Source: Thermoanaerobaculia bacterium
GTDB taxonomy: Bacteria; Acidobacteriota; Thermoanaerobaculia; Multivoradales; Multivoraceae
Length of the DNA: 64,000 bases
Direction: 5' to 3'
Assembly (NCBI GenBank): GCA_963664405.1
Contig: OY761158.1
Location: 352,001 to 416,000, forward strand
Both the position numbers and the translations under genes were made by a program. Numbering within the stretch: position 1 is the first letter of the stretch; every line of letters starts with the position of its first letter. This document shows positions 40,845 to 49,486 of the stretch, in pieces. The notes under the pieces are model-generated. The model was not told the origin of the DNA, did not search any database, and was given only the letters and a program-made list of their open reading frames with translations.

Positions 40845-40920
40845 AAGGACTCAATCGGCGTTGGTGGTAGGAACCGGCCGGCCAAGTTTCTGGACAGGAC
40901 GGGCTCCATAACCGGCTCAA

Positions 40921-42483
40921 TTAGGTCCGTCGCGAAAGGCCAGACCTGGAAGCAGAATGACCGACAGCGACGAGGAACATCACGCTCTTGCCCTCGGCAT
41001 GCGGAGAGAAGAATCCGACGACCTCCTCATCGAGGAAGGTGAGGCCGGTAGCACCGAAGCGCTGAGCGTACGCCGCCAGGTACAAGCGTCCTCCTCGGAT
41101 ACCGCCCTCCAGCTGAGCGGCGCGATAGCCACGATTGCCCCACGTTTTCAAGACCCGGTCGAGATCGGTGAGGCAGTAAATATTTGCTGCGGCGTCTGCG
41201 GGCAGCTCTTGAAACAGTCCAAGTCTTCCAGCAGCGTTGCGGAAATCTCCTTCGCGCAGCAGCTCCAGCGAGGCGGCCTCCCGTTGGTAGTAATAGGCAC
41301 CCGCCGGCAATTGCTCCACCGCGTGGACGATCAGGTAGAAATCGATGAGCGGCTCACTCCCGCACGCGAGGAAGTCGGCGGCAAGCTCGCTGCTGGCTCT
41401 ATCGAGAAGGGTGGCAAGCTGCTCAAGCGAGATCGAGGCCTCTCGTTCGAAGGCCCGTGTCGAGCCACGGCGTCGGATGATGGCCTCGATCGACTCGGAC
41501 GGAGCCTCCTGGTTCGCCAGGGGCTCGAGCGAGTACACGCGCCCTTCTACCGTTGGGGACCTGTCATCCCGGGCCGCCTGTCGCCAAGCGGCGGCCTCGG
41601 CACCCGACTCGAGCGACGATGCTGCATGCATCTGACGAATGGCAGGGTAATCGACTTCGGTTGGCGAGAGCGGAGCCGTTTCGAAGTGAATCTCGGGAAC
41701 GTCGCGAAGCGGAGGCGCGTCGGCTTCGCTCCATCCCAGGGGCACAAGCGTGAGGGCCCCCTCCTTCTTCGGGTCGAGCCCTAGCAGATGTTCCACCGGA
41801 CGGTCTGCGAAACCGATCACGACTCGTGGTGCGAGGCCCTCTGCCCCTGCTACAGCCAGGAAATTCGCGTGAAGGGTACCGGCGTCCCAGAAACAGTGGC
41901 GGTAAGCTCTCGCTTGATACTTCCAGGAATTGCGCCAGTAGGTGGACACGGACACGACGATCACCGGTGCATGTGCCAGCGCAGGCTCCTGACCACTGGC
42001 ATCGATGAGAACGGCGCGGTGATCGCCCTCTCTCAGCCGCCTCAGGGCGAAGTCATGCGGCCCGAAATGGTAGACGCCGGCGGGCAGGTCGGGAAGATCT
42101 TCGCAGACGAGATAGAGATCGATGTGATAGAGGGCCCCCGTGTTGGGATGGGCCCGGAAGGAAATCACACCACCCGGGTAGGGCTTCTGCTTGGTAATGC
42201 CAGCCGACAAGTAGAGAACTCGGGAGAGACCGCAAAGATCAGGGATCTTCTCCCGACTGTCCTCCCGGGCCGACCCTTCGGAGTTAGAGATCGCCTCGAG
42301 CGCGGGTACCTCGAGCGTCGAGCGTTCCCCTACGAGGGGAATAGGCTGGAGGGTGGTGTAGATCTTGAGCGGCTGCGGCTGGTTGTCGTAGTCCAGGTAG
42401 TGAGGGCTCTCTAAGAGCCTTCGCTCATTGTGCTGAGTCGCCTCGTGGTATGTGTATGCGGCCTCGATGTCTCGGTTGCGCAT
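40921..42483 (-). CDS. SagB/ThcOx-family tandem nitroreductase-fold dehydrogenase
   Basis: YHEAT, FRAHPNTGALY, WKYQARAYRHCFWDAG; second domain IRRRGSTR...RGYRAAQLEGG. Confidence 0.85.
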   Translation of the reverse strand: MRNRDIEAAYTYHEATQHNERRLLESPHYLDYDNQPQPLKIYTTLQPIPLVGERSTLEVPALEAISNSEGSAREDSREKIPDLCGLSRVLYLSAGITKQKPYPGGVISFRAHPNTGALYHIDLYLVCEDLPDLPAGVYHFGPHDFALRRLREGDHRAVLIDASGQEPALAHAPVIVVSVSTYWRNSWKYQARAYRHCFWDAGTLHANFLAVAGAEGLAPRVVIGFADRPVEHLLGLDPKKEGALTLVPLGWSEADAPPLRDVPEIHFETAPLSPTEVDYPAIRQMHAASSLESGAEAAAWRQAARDDRSPTVEGRVYSLEPLANQEAPSESIEAIIRRRGSTRAFEREASISLEQLATLLDRASSELAADFLACGSEPLIDFYLIVHAVEQLPAGAYYYQREAASLELLREGDFRNAAGRLGLFQELPADAAANIYCLTDLDRVLKTWGNRGYRAAQLEGGIRGGRLYLAAYAQRFGATGLTFLDEEVVGFFSPHAEGKSVMFLVAVGHSASRSGLSRRT

Positions 42484-42504
42484 CGGAAGGGGGTTCTCCC
42501 GGTT

Positions 42505-42816
42505 CTAAGGGATCTCCACTTGGATGCCCTCCTCGTCCACTTTCACCTCGTAGCATGCCACCTCCTGCGGTGCGGGAGGGCTGAGGTTCTTCCCGGTGCA
42601 CAGGTCAAAACTCGCTCCGTGCCACGGGCAGGTGACGGTCGTCCCATCGAGTGAGCCTTCGGAGAGCGGGCCTCCTCTGTGAGTGCATTTTCCGCCGATG
42701 ACATAGAACACCCCATCCACGTTAAAAAGGGCGATCTCTTGGCCCCCGACCTCAACAGCCTTGCCCTGTCCATGGGCGAGGTCATTCGCTTCCGCTACCT
42801 TGTGAAAAGTTCCCAC
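42505..42816 (-). CDS. Rieske (2Fe-2S) ferredoxin
   Basis: CTH...CPWH motifs; RBS aggagg. Confidence 0.9.
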   Translation of the reverse strand: MGTFHKVAEANDLAHGQGKAVEVGGQEIALFNVDGVFYVIGGKCTHRGGPLSEGSLDGTTVTCPWHGASFDLCTGKNLSPPAPQEVACYEVKVDEEGIQVEIP

Positions 42817-42954
42817 AGAATGCCTCCTTTGAGCGAGTAGTAACCGACACTATCGATGGAGTTTCCAGCCTGGTCGGCTCCGGAAGACCCCGATCGCCTT
42901 GACCCCTTGTTTCTAGGTCCTAGAAGGGATTCCCGTTGAGAGCCATCCGATGGC

Positions 42955-43206
42955 TCATGGAGCTTCGATGTCGAAGGCTACGTAGTTCTTGGCGATCCAG
43001 GACTGCCACTTTTCGGGAACGTCCTCCTCGGTGACGATGGCTTCCACTGGGCAGGCATCGATGCAGAGTCCGCAGTCGATGCACTCTTCCGGGTGGATGA
43101 GCAGCGTATCCCACTCGTCTCTGTCGTAGATGCAATCCACCGGGCAGACCTCGACACAGGCCGTATCTTTGACGCCGACGCAGGGCTCCATAATGATGTG
43201 AGTCAA
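42955..43206 (-). CDS. 7Fe/8Fe ferredoxin (FdxA-like)
   Basis: C..KDTACVEVCPVDCI and CIDCGLCIDACP; RBS aaggag. Confidence 0.9.
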   Translation of the reverse strand: MTHIIMEPCVGVKDTACVEVCPVDCIYDRDEWDTLLIHPEECIDCGLCIDACPVEAIVTEEDVPEKWQSWIAKNYVAFDIEAP

Positions 43207-43279
43207 ATCGAGCTCCTTTATCCTTGCTCACTGCCTAAAAGAAGGGCAGAACCTCTCCCTCCTTTCGCAGGTCTCAGTG

Positions 43280-43401
43280 GGCTATTGTCAACTTGAGCCG
43301 GAGTGCCTATGGAGCCCCACTAGATGTAGCGGTCTAAGTTCCCGGTGAACTACACCATATGGTAGTCCGAGTCGGCACCAGGAACTCAAGTTGACAGTAC
43401 C
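43280..43401. mobile_element. Miniature inverted-repeat element (about 120 bp)
   Basis: IR tgtcaacttgag / ctcaagttgaca; abuts the point where the integrase copy is truncated. Confidence 0.65.
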
Positions 43402-43819
43402 ATCTTCACTATCAGCCGCTTGATCTCTTTGAGAATGCCTGGGCGCCCCGTACGCCTGGCCCTCAAACGTCCACTTCAGGGCGATCAATCGTCGATGCCA
43501 CCGCATGAGGGTGTCGGGAGTGACGATGGTCGCTACTTGGTTGAGCGCCTGGCGCCCGATTCTCTTTCCCTTTGCGGCGAGTCGTCGACGCTGATCGTCG
43601 TTCAGGCGAAGGCGGCTTCCACTGAGCTGCTCTTTCAGCACCCGGTTCTCTTCGACAAGGTATTCCAGCACCTCCTGCTGATGGCGGTTGATCCAGGCAG
43701 CGAGAGAGATTAGGAGCAGGTGAGCGGGGTACAGGACGGCTCTCATTCCGAGATTCTAGCTGCCATCAAAACACGAAGTGGCAGGCACTTACGGCGCGGC
43801 GGACTTTTCGGACAGGACG
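43402..43819 (-). mobile_element. Truncated inverted copy of the 39.4-kb integrase-core IS (left end plus 5' part of the gene)
   Basis: Near-identical reverse complement of about 39412-39832. Confidence 0.88.
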
Positions 43820-43944
43820 CCCTCGACACCGGCTACCTCCGGTACCTTGGAACTTTCATCCGCGACAGCAGCCAAGACCCAGACCATCATTTACTGTGAT
43901 CAGCCCGCCATCGATTACCGTGATCACTCTCACCTGGATACTGC

Positions 43945-44184
43945 TGGTGGCCAAAGATCATTTCCTTCTTGGGATACGATCCGATTCCAACCTCAGACAT
44001 GCCGAGCCGATTGAAGACGGTTCGAAGAAGGCTAGGTATCTCGCAGAAGAAGCTCGCGAGCATCCTCGACGTTGATCCCGGGACCGTCCGGAAGTGGGAG
44101 GATGGAAAAGGCGTGCCGATGACGTGGCGTGGTGATGCGCTCGCAGACCTGTTTGAGCAGGTAGGGCTCACGCAGCCTCACTGA
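43945..44184 (+). pseudogene. XRE-family HTH protein, 3' remnant (copy 1)
   Basis: WWPKIISFLGYDP...RLKTVRRRLGISQKKLASILDVDPGTVRKWE; no convincing start. Confidence 0.7.
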
Positions 44185-44326
44185 TTCTTGCCCGGAGGCC
44201 TGCGGCGCAGACTTGGCTCCTAACATGATGTGGGTTTCGGTCGCTTCGCGTCGGAAAGAGTGATGACGGCCTGCCCTCGCTCCTAGAATGACCAGGGGGA
44301 TCCTAAGGGTCGGCGCGGAAATAACT

Positions 44327-45088
44327 TCACATTATCGCCGGAGCGTGTGAGGCCGAGGCGCCACAGGGCGGTCGCTGCATTGGAGGTGGTGGTGAGCTGA
44401 GCCCAGGCTGTGGGGCAAGCTCTTCCTGCTCGGTTCGCGGTCTCGGCGAGAGGGTGTAGTTCCACTTTCCTAGGAAGTCGCTCCTGGCCACCGCGAGCTG
44501 CAGCATTTCCTTGTCCGATACCCTGACTCCTTTCTGGTATTGGCGTTGATCACGGCACGGCTCGACGCGCAGTCCGGTGGATGTCGTCGTGTTGCGGACG
44601 AGGTTGACGAGGATCTCGAAACTCTCGAGAGGAACTCCGGCCCAGTTCTTGCTGATCTCGCTGAACATCCTGTGCTCGATGGGATTCCATTTACTGGTGC
44701 CAGTTGGATAGTGGGCGACGGTGATGATGAGGCCGCACTTGTCTACGAGCTTCTCCTGGAGGTACTTCTTCCAGGCTCGAAGCCGTGCGCCGTTGCTTGC
44801 GCCGCTGTCGGCAAGAATGAGGAGACGCTGAGACGCCGGATAGTGAGATCGACCGTATTTGAGCCACCAGGTCGCGATGCTGTTGACAGCGAACTCCGGC
44901 GTGTCCGACGACTGTCCGAGGACGAGAACGCCGAAGTTCCTCTGAAGATCGTAGATCCCATAGGGGGAGGCGATGGCGAGAGCTTCGGACCGGAAGTCGT
45001 GATCCTTGACCCGCTTGGCCTCGCGGCACCATGTCTGTCCCTGGTTCTTGAACCGACCGATCAGCTCCTTCTTCTTCGTATCGACGCT
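44327..45088 (-). pseudogene. ISAzo13 transposase, C-terminal part
   Basis: DTKKKELIG, HDF, PYGIYD, LILADSG, HYPTGTSKWNPIEHRMFSEIS, WNYT. Confidence 0.88.
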
Positions 45089-45100
45089 TGTTATCGGCGG

Positions 45101-45454
45101 TCATAAAGTGCGGGATTCCGGCTGTGTAGTGGCGCTTTTGGTTTCATCCTCCTCGAGAAGGGACCGGTGCCGAAGGAGGATGTAGCGGACGTATTGAGGG
45201 TCGAGCTCGTCGTTGGTCAGGGCTCGATGTACGGAGCGGTAGTAGGCAAGTGAGTGAATCTGCGGCAGCGGATCGGTGCTGAGGCGCCGTCGCAAGGTGG
45301 CGAGTCGAATGGCATGGGCAAGCTCTTCGAGGGGGACGTTGGCTTGATAGAGCTTGTCGGCGATGGCCCAGTCTCGGCGCCGAGGTCTAGGCGGGGTTTT
45401 AGGAGCGTCGAGGTAGAGGCGGATGAGCTCGGCGCGATACTCCTGTCGGATCAC
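45101..45454 (-). CDS. IS-borne hypothetical protein downstream of istB
   Basis: GTG overlaps the istB stop (GTGA); LYLDAPKTPPRPRRRDW...IHSLAYY; ends within the IR. Confidence 0.65.
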   Translation of the reverse strand: MIRQEYRAELIRLYLDAPKTPPRPRRRDWAIADKLYQANVPLEELAHAIRLATLRRRLSTDPLPQIHSLAYYRSVHRALTNDELDPQYVRYILLRHRSLLEEDETKSATTQPESRTL

Positions 45455-46224
45455 GAGGTCTTCGCACTGCGCCGTCGAGGGCGAGTGCCGCTTCGGCGGG
45501 CCGAAGCGCGCTTCTTGGCGTGCTCCTTGGACTCCTTGAGCCGATAGGAATCGCCCTCGATGTTGACGAGCTCGCAGCGATGGACGAGGCGATCGACGAT
45601 GGTGACGACGGTAGTAGCGTTGGGGAAGACCTCTCCCCATTCTCCAAAGGACTTGTTTGTGGTGATGAGAAGGGACTTATTTTCGTACCTGCGGGAAACG
45701 ACCTCGAAAAGTAGATCGGCGTGGCGCGTGTCGTAGGACAGATATCCGAGCTCGTCAATGCAGAGCAGGGATGGGCGCGCAAAGAGCGCGAGCTTGCGCT
45801 GAAGGCTGGTCGAGGAGTCTTGTTCGGCGAGGGTGTTGAGCAGCTCCGAGGCGGTGAGGAATCGGGCGGTGGCTCCACGTAGTACGGCTTGATGGGCGAG
45901 ATTCTTGGCAATGAGCGTCTTGCCGATGCCGTTTGGCCCTATCAAGACAGCGTTGTGCCCTCGGGCGAGCCACTCGAGCCGAAAGAGATCTTCGATCTGC
46001 TCGCGGTCGATCTTCTTGGGCCAATTCCAGTCGAAGTCGGCCAGCGGCTTGAAGGTGCCGAGCCGGGCCCGACCCAGGCGTCGCTCCAGTCCGCGACGGG
46101 CTCGCTCCTGCTCTTCCCAGTCGAGCAGGTCGGGGAGCCAGGGTTGGTTGGCGACCTCATCCCAGTGGGCTAGGAGGCCATGGAGTTTCAGGGCTGTGGC
46201 ACGCTCTTGGTCGGTGTTGTTCAT
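45451..46224 (-). CDS. istB: IS21 helper ATPase IstB
   Basis: Walker A GPNGIGKT, Walker B LCIDELGY, ITTN, DRLVH, GDSYR. Confidence 0.93.
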   Translation of the reverse strand: MNNTDQERATALKLHGLLAHWDEVANQPWLPDLLDWEEQERARRGLERRLGRARLGTFKPLADFDWNWPKKIDREQIEDLFRLEWLARGHNAVLIGPNGIGKTLIAKNLAHQAVLRGATARFLTASELLNTLAEQDSSTSLQRKLALFARPSLLCIDELGYLSYDTRHADLLFEVVSRRYENKSLLITTNKSFGEWGEVFPNATTVVTIVDRLVHRCELVNIEGDSYRLKESKEHAKKRASARRSGTRPRRRSAKTS

Positions 46225-47720
46225 TCGTCGTCCTCCTCGTCGTTGGGGTTGTCGTAGTCGGCCAGTGCATGGGGAGTGACCGTGAGCTCCCGGATCCTGG
46301 GATCGTCGGGGAGCTGGACAGGCAGCGCGGGTAGGAGTCCCCGCTCGTGGCGCCGACGATCGAGGATGAGTCGCACCGCTTCGGGATGCGGGGATCCTTT
46401 TTCGAGGGCCTCGTCGATCGCCACTGCAAGCTCCCTGGGTCCACTCTCGGCAAGGAGCTCGAGGAGTCTGGCGACGGCACTCGAGAGTCGTCTCTGCCGT
46501 CGGGCCAGCTCCCGCAGGAGCTCTTCGGCCTGGGGCACCGTACGCAGCAGGTAGTCCTGGCCGCGCTGTGTACGTGCCTCGCGTTTCTGTCGTTCCAGCT
46601 CTTCTAGGTGACGGGGGTCTTCGATGATCTGGCCCTTGTCCCAGGACCTTGTGTGCTCGGCGATGAGCTGCTCGCGATCGAAGATGCGCACACGCTCCGG
46701 GTCTGCGGCGATCTGTAGCGAGCGGGCGATGCGATCATGCGGGATCGAGTAGCGATTCGCATCGAAGCTCAGGTAAGGAGTGCGCCGCGTGATCCGCTCG
46801 ACCCATTCGTGGCAGGGGAAAGGCTGCGCCGGAAGGCTCACGAGATGAGAGCGCTCCTCGAGATAGGCCTGCTCGACGGTGCGACGCCGGTCCTGGGGCC
46901 ACGGGCGCTTCATCGCTCGGTCGCGACACCACTCCAGAGCGTCCCGGTTCAGCGCTTCTCTGTCCCAGGTGCGACGCAGCGGAAAGAAGGAAGTTCTGAC
47001 AAAACGAATGGCTCGTTCGACGCGACCTTTTTCATTTCCTCGTCTGGGAGCAACGGGCCTTGGATCAAAGCCGTAGAAGTCGGCGAGCTCGAGAAGCCGT
47101 GGATGAAAGCGAATGGCGCTGCGGCGCCGCTCGAGCACAGCGCTGCGCAGATTGTCGTAGAGGTGGATCTTGGCCAGACCCTCAAAGAAGGAGAAGGCGA
47201 GGACATGCCCGGTCAGGAAGCTCGGCAGACGAGCGTCGTAGAAGAAGTGCAGAAAGAGAGCTCGCGAGTAGCTCAGCACCATGACGAAGGCGTAGAGACG
47301 GCGCTCTCCGCCATCGACCTTTCGGGTGCCGAAGTGAGCCCAGTCCACCTGGGCCTGTTCGCCGGCAAGCGTACGGAGCACAAAGAAAGCCTCAGGCGCC
47401 TTGCGGGGGCGCAGGCCGAGCTCGGCAATGCAGTGGCGGAAGTGATCCTCCCCACCGGGATAGTCACGCTTCTTGACCATCTCGTAGAGCACGCTCGCCG
47501 GCAGCTCCGGGTAGCGCTCAAAGACTTCCTGGATGAAGGGGACGAAGCGATCGACCATGGACGCTCGTCGCGGCGATCGAGGCCGGCTCAGCCCTTCGCG
47601 TCGAAGGACTCGAGTGACCGTCGAGTGATGGATTCCCAGATGGCGGGCGATCGTGTTGCGCCGCCAGCCCTCCGACTCATAGAGACGGCGGATCTCGGCG
47701 GCGAGCTCGGGAGAGATCAT
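46221..47720 (-). CDS. istA: IS21 transposase IstA
   Basis: N-terminal HTH, GEQAQVDW, YDNL, KGRVER, NRYSIP; ATG 47720. Confidence 0.92.
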   Translation of the reverse strand: MISPELAAEIRRLYESEGWRRNTIARHLGIHHSTVTRVLRREGLSRPRSPRRASMVDRFVPFIQEVFERYPELPASVLYEMVKKRDYPGGEDHFRHCIAELGLRPRKAPEAFFVLRTLAGEQAQVDWAHFGTRKVDGGERRLYAFVMVLSYSRALFLHFFYDARLPSFLTGHVLAFSFFEGLAKIHLYDNLRSAVLERRRSAIRFHPRLLELADFYGFDPRPVAPRRGNEKGRVERAIRFVRTSFFPLRRTWDREALNRDALEWCRDRAMKRPWPQDRRRTVEQAYLEERSHLVSLPAQPFPCHEWVERITRRTPYLSFDANRYSIPHDRIARSLQIAADPERVRIFDREQLIAEHTRSWDKGQIIEDPRHLEELERQKREARTQRGQDYLLRTVPQAEELLRELARRQRRLSSAVARLLELLAESGPRELAVAIDEALEKGSPHPEAVRLILDRRRHERGLLPALPVQLPDDPRIRELTVTPHALADYDNPNDEEDDE

Positions 47721-48201
47721 CCCGCGCCCGCCTGCGCACCGGGCGTACTCGGCGCGATCGCAAGAAGTCGTGGCGGACAATCGGCTCGCAAGGATGGCGG
47801 CACAGCCTGCAGAGAAGCTCCTCGTTCCGACCTCCAACGGACAAGCCTTGCAAAAACAACGGAAGCGGCGCGGTGGGCCATGACGCCACCGTCGCAGGGC
47901 AGCCCCCGGTGCGGCAACTGTGATGCGTCACTTTCTTTGAGCCTTGCTGCTTGCGATCTCGATAGGCCTGCTGACGACGAGCATGCAAGCGGCGCCCTCG
48001 CGGCGTCTGCTGATAGCGACGCCCGGCCCCGCGAAGGCTGTGGCGCCGAGCCTCATCCCGGCACTCCGGCGTGCAATAACGATGGCCGCGATCGCACCAA
48101 GAGCAAATGTAGACAGCTTGCCGGCAACGATCGCAAACGAAACGGCGACAATCGGGACGGCGGCGCACGGCCCAGGCCTCCTTCGGCCTGGACTTCGCCA
48201 C
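47677..48201 (-). CDS. IS-borne Cys-rich basic (putative zinc-finger) protein upstream of istA
   Basis: CDRC...ICSWCDRGHRYC..EC and CRLC...C motifs; start uncertain. Confidence 0.65.
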   Translation of the reverse strand: MAKSRPKEAWAVRRRPDCRRFVCDRCRQAVYICSWCDRGHRYCTPECRDEARRHSLRGAGRRYQQTPRGRRLHARRQQAYRDRKQQGSKKVTHHSCRTGGCPATVASWPTAPLPLFLQGLSVGGRNEELLCRLCRHPCEPIVRHDFLRSRRVRPVRRRARDDLSRARRRDPPSL

Positions 48202-48414
48202 CCGCAGGCGGAATACTCCCTCTTCTGGGGCGTCATACCCCAGGCCTTCCGGCGGTGGGCGGTCACCTTGCTTGGAGTCGCCCCCGCCGGTCTCCCCATA
48301 CTCCCACCTGCCACGCTGCTCGCGCGCTCGCGCGCGACGATGATGCTGAAGAGACTCTCAGCAGGAAACGCGGTCAGAAAGCCGGGATCGCGCGCTTCTT
48401 AAGCGCCGTTGACA

Positions 48415-48725
48415 ACGCTGATGATCGGGTCGCCAGCGCTTGTGAAATCCTCGCGCAGTCGCTTGATGGCCTTGAACTGTGCATCACGATCTGGGGAGTT
48501 CCCCGAAGACAGACATTTCCTATTGCTCTTGAGGGAATAGTTCAGGTCTGCGAGCAATCGACGCACCACCGTAGCCGATACGATGATGTCAAGGCGTTCG
48601 GCAAGGCATTGGGCCACCTTTGCAGCGGTCTCGTGCGTCCATCTTTTTGATGACATGGGATCACCAGCTATATCGGCCTCGAGTATGGAATGGATTCCAT
48701 CGACTATCTCGGGCGTTTTTTTTCC
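48415..48725 (-). pseudogene. ISAzo13 transposase, middle part
   Basis: AGDPMS..WT, YSLKSNRK, DRDAQF, PIISV; joins DTKKK once the IS21 is removed. Confidence 0.85.
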
Positions 48726-49486
48726 ACTCGTTGGTTGCCACCGCCTGCTCTTCGAACTCTTCCGCGCTCCACGGAGCCGCCGAAGAGCTCGCGACGTCCT
48801 TTTGCGACTGTATGAGGGTCCAGGTCCAGAAGATCGGCGATCTTCCGGTCGCCGCCATGCCCGAGCTTGGTCGCTTCCAGGCCAGCGAAGAGCCGCCGCT
48901 GGCGTTCGTCTAGCAGGCTGAAGAATAAAACGATGGCAGCCCTGAGCTCCTCGGGGAGCACTTCTGGAACGAGGCTGGCAGCTACATCCTGGAGAGCCTG
49001 CCGTTCGTTGCGCATCAGCTTCTGCTGACGACGGCGCCCTGTTTCCGAGCACAAGTATACGAACCTCTTCCCAACTCTGGATCGTACGATTCTCTTGCGA
49101 CGAACGAGGTGCAACATCGCGTGCTTGACCTCGACCTGCAGCAGGAGCTCGAGTTCAGAAGCCGTATAGCCGGCAGCGGACCGGTCCACGGCAGCCACCG
49201 CAGTTTCGAGGAGGCTGCCATGCCGACTGAACCTCGCCGAACCGCACGACCACAAACCCAGATCGTCGAAATCGGGAATCTCGTTCAAGGTATAGAACCG
49301 CCCTCGATCCGAGTAGCTGGCCAAATAGCCCAATCGAGACAGCGAACGGTAGACCGTCATGGTGGCTCGGGTTCCCATGGCGTCCTTGAGCTCATCCATG
49401 GTGGCCATCTGTTCGCTCATCAAGAGCTCGCGCACTGTTGCATCACGATCTTCGGCTCGTACCATTTGGTATAGTTCCCCTTCCAA
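48704..49486 (-). CDS. ISAzo13 upstream ORF (transposase N-terminal part, linked by a probable -1 frameshift)
   Basis: LDERQRRLFAGLEA..LGHGG...TVAKGRREL...RVRRAGGG, followed by an A8 run (T8 at 48716-48723). Confidence 0.8.
   Translation of the reverse strand: MEGELYQMVRAEDRDATVRELLMSEQMATMDELKDAMGTRATMTVYRSLSRLGYLASYSDRGRFYTLNEIPDFDDLGLWSCGSARFSRHGSLLETAVAAVDRSAAGYTASELELLLQVEVKHAMLHLVRRKRIVRSRVGKRFVYLCSETGRRRQQKLMRNERQALQDVAASLVPEVLPEELRAAIVLFFSLLDERQRRLFAGLEATKLGHGGDRKIADLLDLDPHTVAKGRRELFGGSVERGRVRRAGGGNQRVEKKRPR

Larger units (their letters stand above)
39407..40907 (+). mobile_element. Degenerate IS with an rve/integrase-core transposase and a passenger pseudogene
   Basis: 16-bp IR ggagcccgtcctgtcc / ggacaggacgggctcc; no obvious target duplication. 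Confidence 0.75.
45089..48414 (-). mobile_element. IS21-family element with two accessory ORFs
   Basis: TG...CA imperfect IRs (tgttatcggcgg / cgccgttgaca); 5-bp duplication ACGCT at 45084-45088 and 48415-48419. Confidence 0.9.

Noticed and set aside
40921-42483. RiPP (azole) biosynthetic cluster
   Set aside because: No YcaO, E1-like protein, precursor peptide or transporter nearby.
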